From: Myxococcota bacterium
Lineage (GTDB): Bacteria > Myxococcota_A > SURF-8
NCBI GenBank assembly: GCA_963674735.2
Contig: CAXXQS010000001.1
Location: 384,001-448,000, forward strand
Length of the DNA: 64,000 nt
Reading direction: 5' to 3'
Position 1 is the first letter of the stretch. Every line of letters starts with the position of its first letter. Both the position numbers and the translations under genes were made by a program. The notes beneath the pieces are model-generated. The model was not told the DNA's origin. It saw only the letters and a program-made list of their open reading frames with translations, and made no database searches. Below are positions 16,992 through 28,453 of the stretch, piece after piece.

Positions 16992-17041
16992 ACGTGTGTC
17001 TACCTCCACCCGAGGTGGGGAACGAAGGGAAGCATCCGAAC

Positions 17042-19354
17042 ATGAGCCGGAGGGTTTGTCAGAACTGCGGTGGCCACGTCGATGACATCGCCTGCTTCTG
17101 CGGGTATTGCGGCGTGCGTTTGTCCGAAACGGTGCGGCTTTCGCAGGATGTGGAATTGAAGGTGCGGCAGGTTCCGGCCAAGAAATTTTTTCTGGGGCGC
17201 GATGCGGAACTGAAACGCCTGCCGGAGCTGACCCATCATGCCCTAAACCGGCGCGGGCGCGTGGTTTACGTGGAAGGTGTGGCGGGCAGCGGCAAAACGG
17301 CCTTTGCCAGCCAGGCGGCGGCTTACTGGCGCGCCAACGGTTTTCGCGTCATCCGGGTAACCGGTGTTCCCGAATACAATCGCTTCACTTATCATCCCTT
17401 CCACCAGTTCATCGTCAAGCTGGTGGGCATAACCCCCAATATCCCATCCAGCAAGCTGGCCTCGCTTCTGGGGGCGCTACGCTCCTTCGGGCTCAAGCGC
17501 GTCGATCTCGACTACCTCTACCACCTTTTCCCGGTGGAGCTGAAGGATAGCAAGAACCGCCAGTTGGACAACAAGGTGCGTCTGGCCGGACTGACCTCCG
17601 CCCTCACGCGCTTGATCCGGCATGCCTCGCGCAAGCAACCCCTGGCCCTGATCATGGATCACCTGCACTGGGCCGATCCCCTGACCCAGCAATACACCAA
17701 GGTGCTCGAAGAAGCGGTGGCGAACGACGCCATCGTGTTGATGATCACCACCCGCGAAGAAGAAACGCTGCTGGACTACAAGGACAACATCGACTCGATC
17801 AAACTCGGCCCCATCGGTCTGAAAGATATCATCACCATTTCCCGGCTTTACATGAACGTGACCAAGCTGCCCATGGAAGCCGAGGAGCGCCTCTCCCAGG
17901 TGGCCGACGGAAATCCGCTGACTGCGTTTTTGTTTTGCGATTACCTGGTGGAGCGCGAATACCTGGTGAAAAAGGGCGGAACCTGGCAGGTGTCCGACAA
18001 GCATCGCAACAGCGAACTCCCCGACACGCTCGAAAAGATCATGGCGGCGCGTCTGGAATTGATGAAGCCGCACATTCAGGAACTGCTGCGGCTGACGGCC
18101 GTTTTCGCCGGAGAATGCACGTTACACGGCTTGCAGGAGCTTTATCCCTATCCGCAGTACGTGAAAGAGGATATCGAAGAGTTGGTGCGAAAACATCTGG
18201 TGCGCGTCAACACCGAAGTCGACCGGCGTTTGATCAGCTTCACCCACAACTACATCCACGAATACATCTATTCGCGCATTCCGCCCGCGGGCTTGCAGGC
18301 CCTGCACCCGAAGGTGGGCGAGCGTCTCGGTCGGATGGCGCCGGTGCAGGCCTACATGAAAGACTGGATGATGGCGCATCACCTGAGCTTCGTCGGCGAC
18401 AAAAGCGCCGCTTCCGCGCCGTTTCTGGACGACAGCGGCAATCATCTGATGCGGCGGCTGCACTTCTGGGAAGCCATTCACTGCTTCCAACGCGAGAGCG
18501 CCATTTTGCGCTGGCAAAGCCGCAACGAAAAAGGCTCGGGAGAGGTGTACCAACACAAGATGTTGGACGTGCTGGCCCGGCTGGCCCTGTGTTATCACGC
18601 CGTGGGCGACTCGGAGCGGGCCGTCAAGACCTATCAGCTTATCATCGAGCGGGCGGCAAAGATCGATGCCGTTTATGCGGCCACCGATGCGCGGCTGGCG
18701 GCCATGGATCTGCTGGTGTCGCTCGGGCGAGCCGAGGAGGCGCGCCAGCTTCTGGAAGAGGGTCTCGAAAAGGTGGGAGCGGACGGCGACCCCTACAATC
18801 GCAGCCGCCTGCGCGCTCAGCTGGGTGAGTGGTTCCGATTGCAGGGCCTTCACCGCGAAGCCGAGCCGCTGCTGTTGAGCGCGTTGGAGGAGGCGACCGA
18901 TGTGGAAGAAGGCGTGATGAGTCGTATCCGCTGGTCGCCCAGTATTCGGCAGTCTCAAGGTCGCCTACGCGTCGACCAGGAGCAATTCAACGAAGCGCTG
19001 CCACTGCTGGTGGAGGCCTACGACGGCTTCACCGAGGCGCGCGATATCAAGAACATGATGCAGCTGGCCGACCGTCTGGCGCGCCTGTACGCGGCCCGGC
19101 GCAATTACGAACGGGCCATGGGTTTTGTGGATCTGGGCCTCAATATCGCGCGCAATTCCGGCGATGTGATGAGTTTGATCAACCTTACATATGAAGCGGG
19201 ACAGATTCACCAGGGAACCGGAGAACTCAAGAAAGCTCGGCTGGCCTTCGACGATGCCTTCCAGCTTTCCACCGGCATCCATTGGGTGCAGGGAATAGAA
19301 CGCAGCCGTCTGGCGTTGAATCGGTTGAAGGAGGATTCGGATGGCGCGGTCTGA
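17042..19354 (+). CDS. Zinc-ribbon + STAND/AAA_16-type ATPase + TPR protein
   Basis: CQNC...CGYC, FLGRDAEL, Walker A GVAGSGKT, Walker-B region LIMDHLHWAD, GNPL, and a TPR-like C-terminus. Confidence 0.85.
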   Translation: MSRRVCQNCGGHVDDIACFCGYCGVRLSETVRLSQDVELKVRQVPAKKFFLGRDAELKRLPELTHHALNRRGRVVYVEGVAGSGKTAFASQAAAYWRANGFRVIRVTGVPEYNRFTYHPFHQFIVKLVGITPNIPSSKLASLLGALRSFGLKRVDLDYLYHLFPVELKDSKNRQLDNKVRLAGLTSALTRLIRHASRKQPLALIMDHLHWADPLTQQYTKVLEEAVANDAIVLMITTREEETLLDYKDNIDSIKLGPIGLKDIITISRLYMNVTKLPMEAEERLSQVADGNPLTAFLFCDYLVEREYLVKKGGTWQVSDKHRNSELPDTLEKIMAARLELMKPHIQELLRLTAVFAGECTLHGLQELYPYPQYVKEDIEELVRKHLVRVNTEVDRRLISFTHNYIHEYIYSRIPPAGLQALHPKVGERLGRMAPVQAYMKDWMMAHHLSFVGDKSAASAPFLDDSGNHLMRRLHFWEAIHCFQRESAILRWQSRNEKGSGEVYQHKMLDVLARLALCYHAVGDSERAVKTYQLIIERAAKIDAVYAATDARLAAMDLLVSLGRAEEARQLLEEGLEKVGADGDPYNRSRLRAQLGEWFRLQGLHREAEPLLLSALEEATDVEEGVMSRIRWSPSIRQSQGRLRVDQEQFNEALPLLVEAYDGFTEARDIKNMMQLADRLARLYAARRNYERAMGFVDLGLNIARNSGDVMSLINLTYEAGQIHQGTGELKKARLAFDDAFQLSTGIHWVQGIERSRLALNRLKEDSDGAV

Positions 19355-20345
19355 TTGGCATCGCTGGGCGGGACAAATGGTGGTGTGTGCCCCCGCTGGC
19401 GCGACCGCCGATACCCATTTAGTGCGCCTGATCGAGGAATTTCAGGTGGGCGGCGTGATTTTGTTCCAGCGCAACTGCCCCTCAAGCGATGAGGTGCGGA
19501 GTCTCACGGAGGCCATGCAGCGGCGCGCCGAGCTACCCCTGCTCGTCATGATCGATCAGGAGGGTGGTCGGGTGATGCGCCTGAAGGAACGCCGTTTCCG
19601 GTTGCCGTCGGCCCGTGAACAGGCGGCCCGCCATCGCGAGGAAGTGGAACACGACGCTTATATGCTGGGTAAGCGATTTATCGAGATCGGCGTCAATATG
19701 AATTTGGTGCCGGTGCTGGATGTGGACAGTAACCCGGCCAATCCCATTATCGGTGACCGCTCATACGGGCGCGATCCGGCGACGGTGTGGACCTATGCCG
19801 AGGCGGTCTGGCGCGGACAGAAAAAGGCCGGAATCCTGAGTTGTGGCAAGCACTTCCCTGGTCACGGCGATACCGATAACGACAGCCACCTGACCCTGCC
19901 GATCGTGCGCCATGAGCGCGAACGCCTGGAGCGCATCGAGCTTGAACCCTTCAAACGCGCCATCGAGGCCGGGTTTGAAGCGTTGATGATTGCCCACGTG
20001 CTGTATCCGGTCCTCGATCCCGACGAACCCGCGTCCCTGTCGCCCGCCATCACGACCGAGCTATTACGTAACGAACTGGGATTCAAAGGACTGATTCTTG
20101 CCGATGATCTGGAAATGAAAGCGATATCCGAGCGTTATCCCCTGCTTGATCTGGTGGAGAAACTGGTGTTGGCCGGTAACGACCTGCTTCCGGTATGCCA
20201 TAGTCACGAGTTGGCGATGCGGGTATGCCGCGCCCTGGTGACGCTGGTTGAACGAGGTCGCATCACCGAAAACCGGATGAAAGCATCCTACGACCGTATC
20301 TATGCCATCAAGCGGCGTTATGGTTTGTTTGAGGGTCCGATGTAA
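19341..20345 (+). CDS. nagZ: Beta-N-acetylhexosaminidase (GH3)
   Basis: GGVILFQRN, IDQEGGRV, KHFPGHGDT..DSH, DDLEM. Confidence 0.92.
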   Translation: MARSDWHRWAGQMVVCAPAGATADTHLVRLIEEFQVGGVILFQRNCPSSDEVRSLTEAMQRRAELPLLVMIDQEGGRVMRLKERRFRLPSAREQAARHREEVEHDAYMLGKRFIEIGVNMNLVPVLDVDSNPANPIIGDRSYGRDPATVWTYAEAVWRGQKKAGILSCGKHFPGHGDTDNDSHLTLPIVRHERERLERIELEPFKRAIEAGFEALMIAHVLYPVLDPDEPASLSPAITTELLRNELGFKGLILADDLEMKAISERYPLLDLVEKLVLAGNDLLPVCHSHELAMRVCRALVTLVERGRITENRMKASYDRIYAIKRRYGLFEGPM

Positions 20346-23300
20346 TGCAACATGCCGGTTCCGAGCTTCTTCAGCACCTCGACCACATTCGTTGTCGCCT
20401 GATCCAACGTCTTAATCTGGAAGGGGTTTTCCGCTGGTTGACCGGCCTGGGGGCTGCGTTTCTGGCGGTCATGGGGTTATTTGCCGTCGGTCTGCCCGGT
20501 GTCGGCCTGCGGCTGCTTTTCTGGCTGCCGATGTTGGCTTGGACCGCGTTTCTGGTGTTCAAGTACCTCGTTCAGCCCAGACGGACCTACCCCGACGCGG
20601 CGGCGGCGGCGGCTTACCTGGAACGGGTGCGCCCGGACCTGCGGGACCGGCTGGTCTCGGCGGCGGAATTCGCTCGGGATGTCGGGGGGCGGACGGCTTA
20701 TTCGCCGGTTCTGGCGGCGGCGACGGTGACGGCGGTATCCGCCGACCTGAAGCCCATCGCACTCCCGGCCCTATTGCCGCCTCGCCATCTCAAACAGCAG
20801 GCTTTATATCTCATTGGAATCGCAGCGGTATTGGCCATAGCCATCTGGAGCGCGCCCGGACCTGCGGCCGGTACCTGGTGGGCCTTGTGGGCCAATCACG
20901 CCGGGGAAGCCTATCACGCGGGAGAAGTGCGTTTTCTGGCGGGGGATGTGAGCTTAAGCTACACCTATCCCGCTTATACCGGTTTGCCGCCCGTAACGGT
21001 GGCCAATAGTGACGGCAGTATCGAGGCCTATCCGGGCAGTCGTGTGCGGATTTCCGTCCGAGCCGCTCAGGCGGCGGACGAGGCGGAACTGGATCTGGAC
21101 GAAGGGGCGGATCTGGCCCTGGCTAGCTTGGGGGACCAGCGTTTCGGAGGCGAATTGACCGTCGCCGTCGAGGATCATTATCGCTTCGTTTTCGACGGGG
21201 TGCGAGACGGACGCGAACGACCGATTCGCGTGCGTCCCGACCGCTCGCCTGCGGTGATCGTCGCGTTTCCCGGCGCGGAACTGGAGGTTCGTGAAAGCGA
21301 CAGCATCGAGCTGGCCTATCGCCTGGAGGATGATTTCGGGTTGATGCGCGCCGAATTGGTGGTGGATTACGCCACCGGTAAGGGACGGGTCGAGAAACGC
21401 CTCCCGCTCAAGCAATTCGACGACATTCCACGTGCCTACGACGGCAATTTCACGTGGGATCTGGCCACCTTCACGTTCAAAGCGGGCGACCGGGTGACGT
21501 ACTATGTAGAAGCCTTTGACAACGACACGGTGAACGGACCCAAAGTGGGGCGTTCGGCCGTGCAGATCTTGAAAGTCTTTTCGGCGGCCGAGCATCATCA
21601 GAAGCTGATCGCCGAACAGGAGAAGTTGTGGGAGACCATGATCGAGGTTCTGGCCAAGTACCTCGAACAAGAGGTGACCCTCGATACGCTGCCCACCTCC
21701 GATGCGGCGCTGAAGGCCATGGGCGATACCGCTCAGGAGTTGAGCCAGACGATCATCGAACCCTTGTCTCACCTCAACGACCAACTGGAAGAAGACCCGC
21801 TGGCGGCCGATCCGGTCAAACAGTTGATGACCAACTTGTTGATGGAATTCAGCTTCAACCGCGACAATTACGATGAAGCTTATGAACGCCACAGCCGAGA
21901 CGGTGTGACACCCAGCCGCCGGGGCTGGATTGTGTCGGATCTGGCGCGCCTGCGCGAAGCAACGGTGGGACGGCTCGAAAAGGGTGTGATGGACCTGTAT
22001 GAGCTGCTTAAAAAGCAGAAATACGACGCCCTGGTGGCCGAAAGCCAAACCCTGGCCGAACTGCGCGACGAGATTCGAAAGCTGCTCGACGAGTACCGGC
22101 GCACGGGCGATGAGTCGCTGAAGGAGCGTATCGGCGAACTGCTGGCCGAGTTGCGCGAGCGGCTCAACGATATGATGACGCGCATGGCCCAGGTGGTCAA
22201 AGAGATTCCCGAGGATTTCATCAACCTCGACAGCCTGTCGTCCAAGGAAATGGACGAAGGTTTGGATAAACTGGATGAAATGCTCGAAGACGGCAACATG
22301 GACGCCCTCATGCAGCAGTTCGAGGCCCTCTCGATGGATCTCAACGAGATGCTCGACGGATTGAAAAAGGGGTCGGAGGATCTGGGCGAATCGCTCTATG
22401 CCGAATCGATGAAAAAGCTGCTCGATTTCCAGAAAGACCTGGAACAGCTCATCCGTGCCGAGCAGGGCTTACACGAACAGACGCGCGCACAATCGGAAGA
22501 TTATCAGGATGCCCTCAAAAAAGCCATGGATCCCAAGAAGTTGAAGCGGGCCATGGCCGGCCTGCGCAAGAAGGCCCAACGCGCCCGGCAGCAGATCAAG
22601 GATATCGGTTTCCATCCCGACCAGGGTTTGCGCCGCCAGTTGGAGGCGGGAGAAAGCGAACTCGACAACCTGGACAAACTGCTTGCAACCGAGGATGTGG
22701 GGAGCGCGTTGGAGCAGAGTCGCAACGCCGAACGGCGTTTGTCGCCGTTGTCCGAGTATCTGAAACAACCCTATATCCGGCGCTATCGCTCCGACCAGGA
22801 TGCCGCCGCCGATCTCAAACACGCGGAATCGGCGACGCAACTCACGAAAGAGGTGACGCAAGCGCTGGAAAAATTGATGCCCGACCCCGGTAAGTTGATG
22901 GGGGAAGAGGCGCGCCAACAGATGGAAAGCATGGCGCGCATGCAACAGAAATTGCAGCGGGAAGGCATGTCGCTCGATCACCAGGCCGATAAAATGTCCG
23001 AGGAAGCTCCCTTCATGCCGTCGGAAACCGGCCAGTGGATGCAGCAGGCGGGGGAGGGCATGCGGAAATCCCAGCAAAGTCTGAGCAAAATGCAACCGGG
23101 ACAGGCCGAAGGCCATCAGCAGCAGGCGATCCACAACCTGCAACAGGTGCGCCAGGGTTTGCAAAATGCCATGCAGCAGATGCAGCAGGGCATGAAATTC
23201 GGCGGAATGAAGCCGGGCCGCCATGGAAACAAACCGGGTGGCCGTCACCTCAAGCAGGAGAAGGTGGCCATTCCCCAGGCGGAGGATTATAAAACCCCCA

Positions 23301-23398
23301 AAGAACTCCGGGAAGACATCCTGGAGGCCATGAAACGAAAAGCGCCGGAATCTTACGAGCCGCAAAACCGTCAATACTACAAGGAGCTCGTCCGATGA
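20345..23398 (+). CDS. DUF4175-like membrane protein with a long coiled coil
   Basis: N-terminal TMs, YPAYT, DDFGL, AFDND..GP, and a long Q/E/M-rich helical C-terminus ending YYKEL. Confidence 0.75.
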   Translation: MQHAGSELLQHLDHIRCRLIQRLNLEGVFRWLTGLGAAFLAVMGLFAVGLPGVGLRLLFWLPMLAWTAFLVFKYLVQPRRTYPDAAAAAAYLERVRPDLRDRLVSAAEFARDVGGRTAYSPVLAAATVTAVSADLKPIALPALLPPRHLKQQALYLIGIAAVLAIAIWSAPGPAAGTWWALWANHAGEAYHAGEVRFLAGDVSLSYTYPAYTGLPPVTVANSDGSIEAYPGSRVRISVRAAQAADEAELDLDEGADLALASLGDQRFGGELTVAVEDHYRFVFDGVRDGRERPIRVRPDRSPAVIVAFPGAELEVRESDSIELAYRLEDDFGLMRAELVVDYATGKGRVEKRLPLKQFDDIPRAYDGNFTWDLATFTFKAGDRVTYYVEAFDNDTVNGPKVGRSAVQILKVFSAAEHHQKLIAEQEKLWETMIEVLAKYLEQEVTLDTLPTSDAALKAMGDTAQELSQTIIEPLSHLNDQLEEDPLAADPVKQLMTNLLMEFSFNRDNYDEAYERHSRDGVTPSRRGWIVSDLARLREATVGRLEKGVMDLYELLKKQKYDALVAESQTLAELRDEIRKLLDEYRRTGDESLKERIGELLAELRERLNDMMTRMAQVVKEIPEDFINLDSLSSKEMDEGLDKLDEMLEDGNMDALMQQFEALSMDLNEMLDGLKKGSEDLGESLYAESMKKLLDFQKDLEQLIRAEQGLHEQTRAQSEDYQDALKKAMDPKKLKRAMAGLRKKAQRARQQIKDIGFHPDQGLRRQLEAGESELDNLDKLLATEDVGSALEQSRNAERRLSPLSEYLKQPYIRRYRSDQDAAADLKHAESATQLTKEVTQALEKLMPDPGKLMGEEARQQMESMARMQQKLQREGMSLDHQADKMSEEAPFMPSETGQWMQQAGEGMRKSQQSLSKMQPGQAEGHQQQAIHNLQQVRQGLQNAMQQMQQGMKFGGMKPGRHGNKPGGRHLKQEKVAIPQAEDYKTPKELREDILEAMKRKAPESYEPQNRQYYKELVR

Positions 23399-24960
23399 AA
23401 CCGTTTATCTGGCTGATTGTTATGATGAGTATGTGGCCGATGGCCGCTTGGGCGGCGTCCGACAACGACGCGGTTGCCCAGGGACACCGGCTTCTGGACA
23501 ACTGGCAGGTGGAAGCCGCAGGGGAGGTGGCGCGTTCGCTCGAAGAACGGGAGGCGGATAGTCTGCGCGACTTGTTCTTTCTGGGGCGCTACTACTTCGA
23601 GCGCGGCGATTATCCCAAAGCCCTCGATTATGTCAATGGGGCGGGCGACTACCTGCCGGAAGCCCCCTACGAGTTCGATTACACGGCCTACCTGATGGCC
23701 GCCTACGAGAACACCCGGGAATTCGAACGGCTGCAGAGCGAGCATTTCGAGGTGCGTTTTCGCCCCGACAAGGAGCGTATCATTGCTCGTGCAACGCTCG
23801 AAACCTTGGAACGGGCGCGGGAGGCCTTCTCCCATGATTTCGGCTACGCGCCGTCCGACCGCATCGTGGTGGAGCTGTATCCCGAGTTGCCGATGCTGGC
23901 CCGCGCAACCGGGTTGACACTCGCCCAGCTTAAAACTTCGGGCACCATCGCCATCTGCAAGTTCAATCGCATGATGATCAGCTCGCCCCGCGTCGGTTTG
24001 ATGGGGTATCCCTGGCGCGACACCATCGCCCATGAGTTCTCCCATCTCATCATCTCGCGCGTGTCGGGAAACACGGTGCCGATCTGGTTGCATGAAGGGC
24101 TGGCGAAGTTTCACGAAGAACGCTGGCGTATGCCTCCCGGCGGACAGCGGGAAGCCTCGGGCGAGGCGCTTTTAGCGCGGGCGCTCAAAGAGGACAAGCT
24201 GATTACGCTGGACGAGATGCATCCGTCCATGGCGCTCTTGCCATCCCAGGAGCACGCCGCGTTGGCTTACACCGAAGTGCTGACCATGATTCAGTGGTTG
24301 CACCGGCGCGGTGGGGCGCAAGGTTTGCAGAAGTTGTTGGCTGCCCTGCGCAAAAGCGGCGATCTGGACGATGCCTTCCAGCGGACCTACGGGTTTGACG
24401 TGGAAGGCTTGCAGCGCGCCTGGAAAACGGACGTGAAGGATTGGAACCTGCGCCAGGATGCTTACGGCTTCAACGACTACTCCATTCTGTTCGACGAGGG
24501 CGAGCCGCCCGACCCCGAGAAAGCCATTGGAAACATCGAAGCCATACGCGGACGCCGCTTCGTCACTCTCGGAAAACTGCTGAAAGATCGCCAGCATCAC
24601 AAAGCGGCGGTGAAGGAATTCGATAAGGCCGAGCCGTTTGTGCAGCGGGGCGATCCGCGTCTGAGCACCCTCAAGGCCGATAGCCAGATCGAATTGGAGC
24701 AATACGATGCCGCGATAACCACCCTCGGACCGGTGTTCGAACTGGCTCCCAACTGGTTGCCCAGCCGGGTCCGCGCCGGAGAGGCCCTGATGAAGCTGGA
24801 GCGTTACGAGCAGGCACTCGAACAACTGGTTTACGCCTTCGGGATCAATCCCTACGACCCACGCATCTACCAACTTATGGCCCTGTGTTACGACAAGCTG
24901 GGTGATACGCATCTGGCCGAAAAGGCCCGCGCCGACCTCGCCTTGATCGCCGCCCGTTAA
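23395..24960 (+). CDS. Secreted peptidase MA-like metalloprotease with TPRs
   Basis: Signal peptide, HEFSH...PIWLHEGLA motif, flanking TPR-like repeats. Confidence 0.85.
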   Translation: MKPFIWLIVMMSMWPMAAWAASDNDAVAQGHRLLDNWQVEAAGEVARSLEEREADSLRDLFFLGRYYFERGDYPKALDYVNGAGDYLPEAPYEFDYTAYLMAAYENTREFERLQSEHFEVRFRPDKERIIARATLETLERAREAFSHDFGYAPSDRIVVELYPELPMLARATGLTLAQLKTSGTIAICKFNRMMISSPRVGLMGYPWRDTIAHEFSHLIISRVSGNTVPIWLHEGLAKFHEERWRMPPGGQREASGEALLARALKEDKLITLDEMHPSMALLPSQEHAALAYTEVLTMIQWLHRRGGAQGLQKLLAALRKSGDLDDAFQRTYGFDVEGLQRAWKTDVKDWNLRQDAYGFNDYSILFDEGEPPDPEKAIGNIEAIRGRRFVTLGKLLKDRQHHKAAVKEFDKAEPFVQRGDPRLSTLKADSQIELEQYDAAITTLGPVFELAPNWLPSRVRAGEALMKLERYEQALEQLVYAFGINPYDPRIYQLMALCYDKLGDTHLAEKARADLALIAAR

Positions 24961-24966
24961 GCGGAA

Positions 24967-24995
24967 TTGACAGCACCCTCCACCCCGACTACCAT
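24967..24995 (+). promoter_or_regulatory. Putative internal sigma70 promoter
   Basis: TTGACA-17 nt-TACCAT upstream of 25032. Confidence 0.55.
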
Positions 24996-25031
24996 ACGGG
25001 AACTGTTTTTCATGTTCAGGAGGATGCGGCG

Positions 25032-25319
25032 GTGGCGACAAACGAAAAACAATCGGCAAACGGCGTGGCGAAAAGCCTTAAAACGGCGTTGTTCGTGGTA
25101 CTGGTGGCGTCCGTTGTGGCGGCGCTCGTCTGGTTGTCGCTGCACCCGAAGCACGTTCCCGTTTTACCCGTCGATGCCGACCACCGCGACGTCGCCGACT
25201 GGACCACTTGCCTGACCTGCCATGGACCCGACGGACCCAATCCGCTCAAACAGGGACACCCGGTGCATCAGGATCAGTGTTTTCTCTGCCACCAACCGCC
25301 GGACGGGGAAAAACGATGA
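25032..25319 (+). CDS. Small membrane-anchored diheme c-type cytochrome
   Basis: TM helix, CLTCH and CFLCH motifs, additional His residues as candidate distal ligands; GGAGG RBS before GTG. Confidence 0.8.
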   Translation: MATNEKQSANGVAKSLKTALFVVLVASVVAALVWLSLHPKHVPVLPVDADHRDVADWTTCLTCHGPDGPNPLKQGHPVHQDQCFLCHQPPDGEKR

Positions 25320-28300
25320 GCGTGACCAGCCATCTGACCATTCACCCCGGTTTGTTTGAGGCCTCGCGGGCCACCGAGCACGATTTGGCCGCGGCTACCG
25401 GCGGTACTCTGTTTATGCAACCCCACGCCACCTTTGCCGATCTGACCGCGCGTCTGCATCGCCGCTTGCGCCTGGAAGGCCGAGTCGCTTCGCGGGTCGC
25501 GTTGCGTTTGGCCTTGGTGGAGGCGCTCGATGCCCAGCCGCCCGCGCCGGTGGACGACTTGCAGCGCCGTCACCTGCCCGACAGTCTGTTGGAGTTGTTT
25601 CACATCCTCGACGGTCTGCCCCTTCAATGGCGTAAGGCGAACAAGCTTGAGTCGCTTTTACCGGCCACTCCCAAGGGACGCTTTTTGGTGAGTGTACATC
25701 GGACCTGGCGCGCGCGCTTACGGGAGCGCGGTCTGCTGACGGCCGGGGACGTCCTAAGCGCGTTTCTGGCGGCCACTCCCGGCGCGTATCCCCGGTTGTT
25801 CGAGAATCTGCAAACACTGTGTTTCGAAGGTTTCGTCGATCCCAATCCGCTGGAAGCGGCGGCGATGCGTCATTTGCAGGGCTGGGTCTCCGTCACCCTG
25901 CGGCTGCACGCCGATCCGGATCGCCCGGATTTGTACACGCCGCTTGAACCGCTGTTGAAAAGCATCGAGGGCGCAATCGATGCCGCCGATCTGGATATCG
26001 AGTTCGTTGCGCCGCGACTTTCAGGCGATTCTATCCGTTCGGCGCTGGCTGCACGGTTATTTCGCGAAGACGCGCCGGACGATACTCCGCTGGAGGATGA
26101 ACGCCTGAGCTTGTGGGCTTTCGAGAATCGTCGAGACGAGCTGCACGCCGTGCTCAATGCGGTGCGCCGTCTGCTCGATGACGGCGTGTCGCCCGGTGAC
26201 ATCGCGTTGGTCGCACCGGAACTGGAGGCGGTGCGCCCCTACCTGCGGACCGCTATTCGTGAGAGTGGTTTGCCCATCGCCTATCAGCGCAGCCTGCCTG
26301 TTTTCGATACGCCCCCGTTTCGCTGGCTGTTGCGGCTGATCGAAACCTTGTCGGGCGAGGCGTCCATCTCCGTGTTGAGCGATCTGGCTCGGGCGGCGGA
26401 ACCGTTCGGCGTCGGACCGGGGGGCGCGGAATGTCTGGCCGATCTGGAAGCGCGTCTGCGTGCGGAAGGCCTGGATTCATTGGGTGGAACGGCCTGGAAA
26501 GCGGTGTTGCCGCTTCTTGTGAAACGGGATTCCGATTTCGCTTCGACGGAAGCCGAAGCCTGCGTGGATGGGTGGCAGGCCTGGCTGGCCGCCTGGCGCG
26601 ACCCGCGTTCGCCTGCCGAATGGATGGCGTACTTGGGAGATCGACTGGCCGCCATGGTGATTCCACCCTTCGCGTCCGCCCATGATCAACGGCATTTCGC
26701 CTTGTCATGGCATGCCTGGCAGACGGTGTCGGGTATCGTCGCCGAGTGGCGCGAGCAGGAAGAAGCGACCGAAAAAGACCATCCGGTTCGCGCGATCGAC
26801 GGTTTGACTTTTCTCAAGCAGGTGATCCGTGCGGCCGATACGTCGATTGGTCTGCGTTCGAGTCCGGAGCCTGAAACCGTGGCGGTTCTGACGCCGGCCG
26901 AGGCGGCCGCTTTGTCGGTAGAACATCTGTTCGTGCTTGATTTGGTGGAGGATGTCCTCCCACCGAAACGACGCCAGACGCCGCTATTACGGGATTCGGA
27001 AACCCATCTGATTCATACGCGCATCGGTCATCTTCTTTTTCGCAGTGGGGCGGCCACGTTCCGGCTGGCGCGCATGCAGTTTGTCCGCTTGTTGATGCAG
27101 AGCCGTCATGTTCGGCTGGCGACGGTGATCGAGGATGACGACGGGCAGGCGCAGAATTCCTCTCCCTTTTTCGAAGAATGCCGCCGTGTACTTGGCGTGG
27201 ATGACGAACGCAAACCCGCTCTTTGTGGAGATGTGCCCGACTGCGCGAGCCCGGCCGCTGCGGCTCGTTGGCGGCAACGCGCCGCTTTGGCTTTGCATCA
27301 CCGGGCGCTTGACGTGACGAGCTTGCCCGCATCCGAGCGATCGACGATCGAGCGGGCGGTGGACAAAATGGCGGCGGAGAGCGAACGACGCGCATTCATG
27401 AAAGAAGTCCGTGCGATTCGACGCGCAGCCTTGAGCGGTGCCTATACCGGAATGTTACCGGATGGACCGCGCGGATCGGCCGGATATTCGGCCGGACGTT
27501 TCGAAAGCTATGCGACCTGTCCGTTCCAGTATTGGGCGCAGAACGTTTTGGACGCCGCTCCCTGGGACCGGGTAGGGCCGGAACTTCCACCGCTGATGGC
27601 GGGGAATGCGATTCACGATTTGCTGAAGACCTGGGGCCGGGAAGGCTTTGTGGTCGTGCTCGACGATGAACGCGGCTTGCAGCGGGTGCGGGCGGAGCTG
27701 CAGGAAGCTTTTGCACGGGAAACCCGCTGGCTGCCCGTCCTGACTCGGCGTCTAAGTGCGTTGGCGGCGGAGGGGTGGGCTATCAAGCTGATGGCGTTTA
27801 TGCGCGTTCAGCGCGAGCGCTTTTTGCTGGATGCCAAGCCCTGTCTGTTCGAGGCCGATTTCGGTATCGGAGAGGACGACCCGTTACCGGCACCGTCGAT
27901 CGAGCGTAAGACGGGGTTGCCCATTCGCTTGCGGGGACGCATCGATCGGGTGGACGCAGCTCCTGGCGTCGTGCGCTTGGTGGACTATAAAACCAGCTCC
28001 GATCCCACCGGCTATGGCCGATTGCGTAACGTGTCGGCTTTCGGGGTGTCGTCGTTTCAATTGCCGATCTATCTGTTGTCTCTGAAACTGGCGGTGGAAC
28101 GCGGCGATTTCGGAGATGATGTCGCGCTTTTGGAGGGTGGCTATCTGTTTGTGGGCAAACCCGACACCTGGCAAATGATCAAAGATGGCGCTCGCGCCAA
28201 GCCGCTTGGGAAAGGCCCAAGCCTCGACGACCCGCTTTTCACCCATTACCTGAGTCTCGACCCCAAGATTCGCCGTTCCATGAACGAGGCCCGCATGCCC

Positions 28301-28453
28301 AACCTGGCCAATCAGCTTTCCGCTTTGGTAAATCGCATGGAAACCGGCGACTTTCAAATTACCCCGCGCGACTGTACCCATTGCCCCTTCGGCGATGCCT
28401 GCCGCGTGCAACCCATTTCGATACGCTTCGACGAGGAGAATCAAAGCCCATGA
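25316..28453 (+). CDS. addB: AddB/RexB-like inactive-helicase plus PD-(D/E)xK nuclease subunit
   Basis: [39 protein letters not shown] (4-Cys Fe-S staple). Confidence 0.8.
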   Translation: MSVTSHLTIHPGLFEASRATEHDLAAATGGTLFMQPHATFADLTARLHRRLRLEGRVASRVALRLALVEALDAQPPAPVDDLQRRHLPDSLLELFHILDGLPLQWRKANKLESLLPATPKGRFLVSVHRTWRARLRERGLLTAGDVLSAFLAATPGAYPRLFENLQTLCFEGFVDPNPLEAAAMRHLQGWVSVTLRLHADPDRPDLYTPLEPLLKSIEGAIDAADLDIEFVAPRLSGDSIRSALAARLFREDAPDDTPLEDERLSLWAFENRRDELHAVLNAVRRLLDDGVSPGDIALVAPELEAVRPYLRTAIRESGLPIAYQRSLPVFDTPPFRWLLRLIETLSGEASISVLSDLARAAEPFGVGPGGAECLADLEARLRAEGLDSLGGTAWKAVLPLLVKRDSDFASTEAEACVDGWQAWLAAWRDPRSPAEWMAYLGDRLAAMVIPPFASAHDQRHFALSWHAWQTVSGIVAEWREQEEATEKDHPVRAIDGLTFLKQVIRAADTSIGLRSSPEPETVAVLTPAEAAALSVEHLFVLDLVEDVLPPKRRQTPLLRDSETHLIHTRIGHLLFRSGAATFRLARMQFVRLLMQSRHVRLATVIEDDDGQAQNSSPFFEECRRVLGVDDERKPALCGDVPDCASPAAAARWRQRAALALHHRALDVTSLPASERSTIERAVDKMAAESERRAFMKEVRAIRRAALSGAYTGMLPDGPRGSAGYSAGRFESYATCPFQYWAQNVLDAAPWDRVGPELPPLMAGNAIHDLLKTWGREGFVVVLDDERGLQRVRAELQEAFARETRWLPVLTRRLSALAAEGWAIKLMAFMRVQRERFLLDAKPCLFEADFGIGEDDPLPAPSIERKTGLPIRLRGRIDRVDAAPGVVRLVDYKTSSDPTGYGRLRNVSAFGVSSFQLPIYLLSLKLAVERGDFGDDVALLEGGYLFVGKPDTWQMIKDGARAKPLGKGPSLDDPLFTHYLSLDPKIRRSMNEARMPNLANQLSALVNRMETGDFQITPRDCTHCPFGDACRVQPISIRFDEENQSP

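Noticed and set aside
16682-17041. N-terminal 120 aa of the 890-aa ORF
   Set aside because: It overlaps the upstream gene off-frame and crosses a hairpin; ATG 17042 begins the zinc ribbon.
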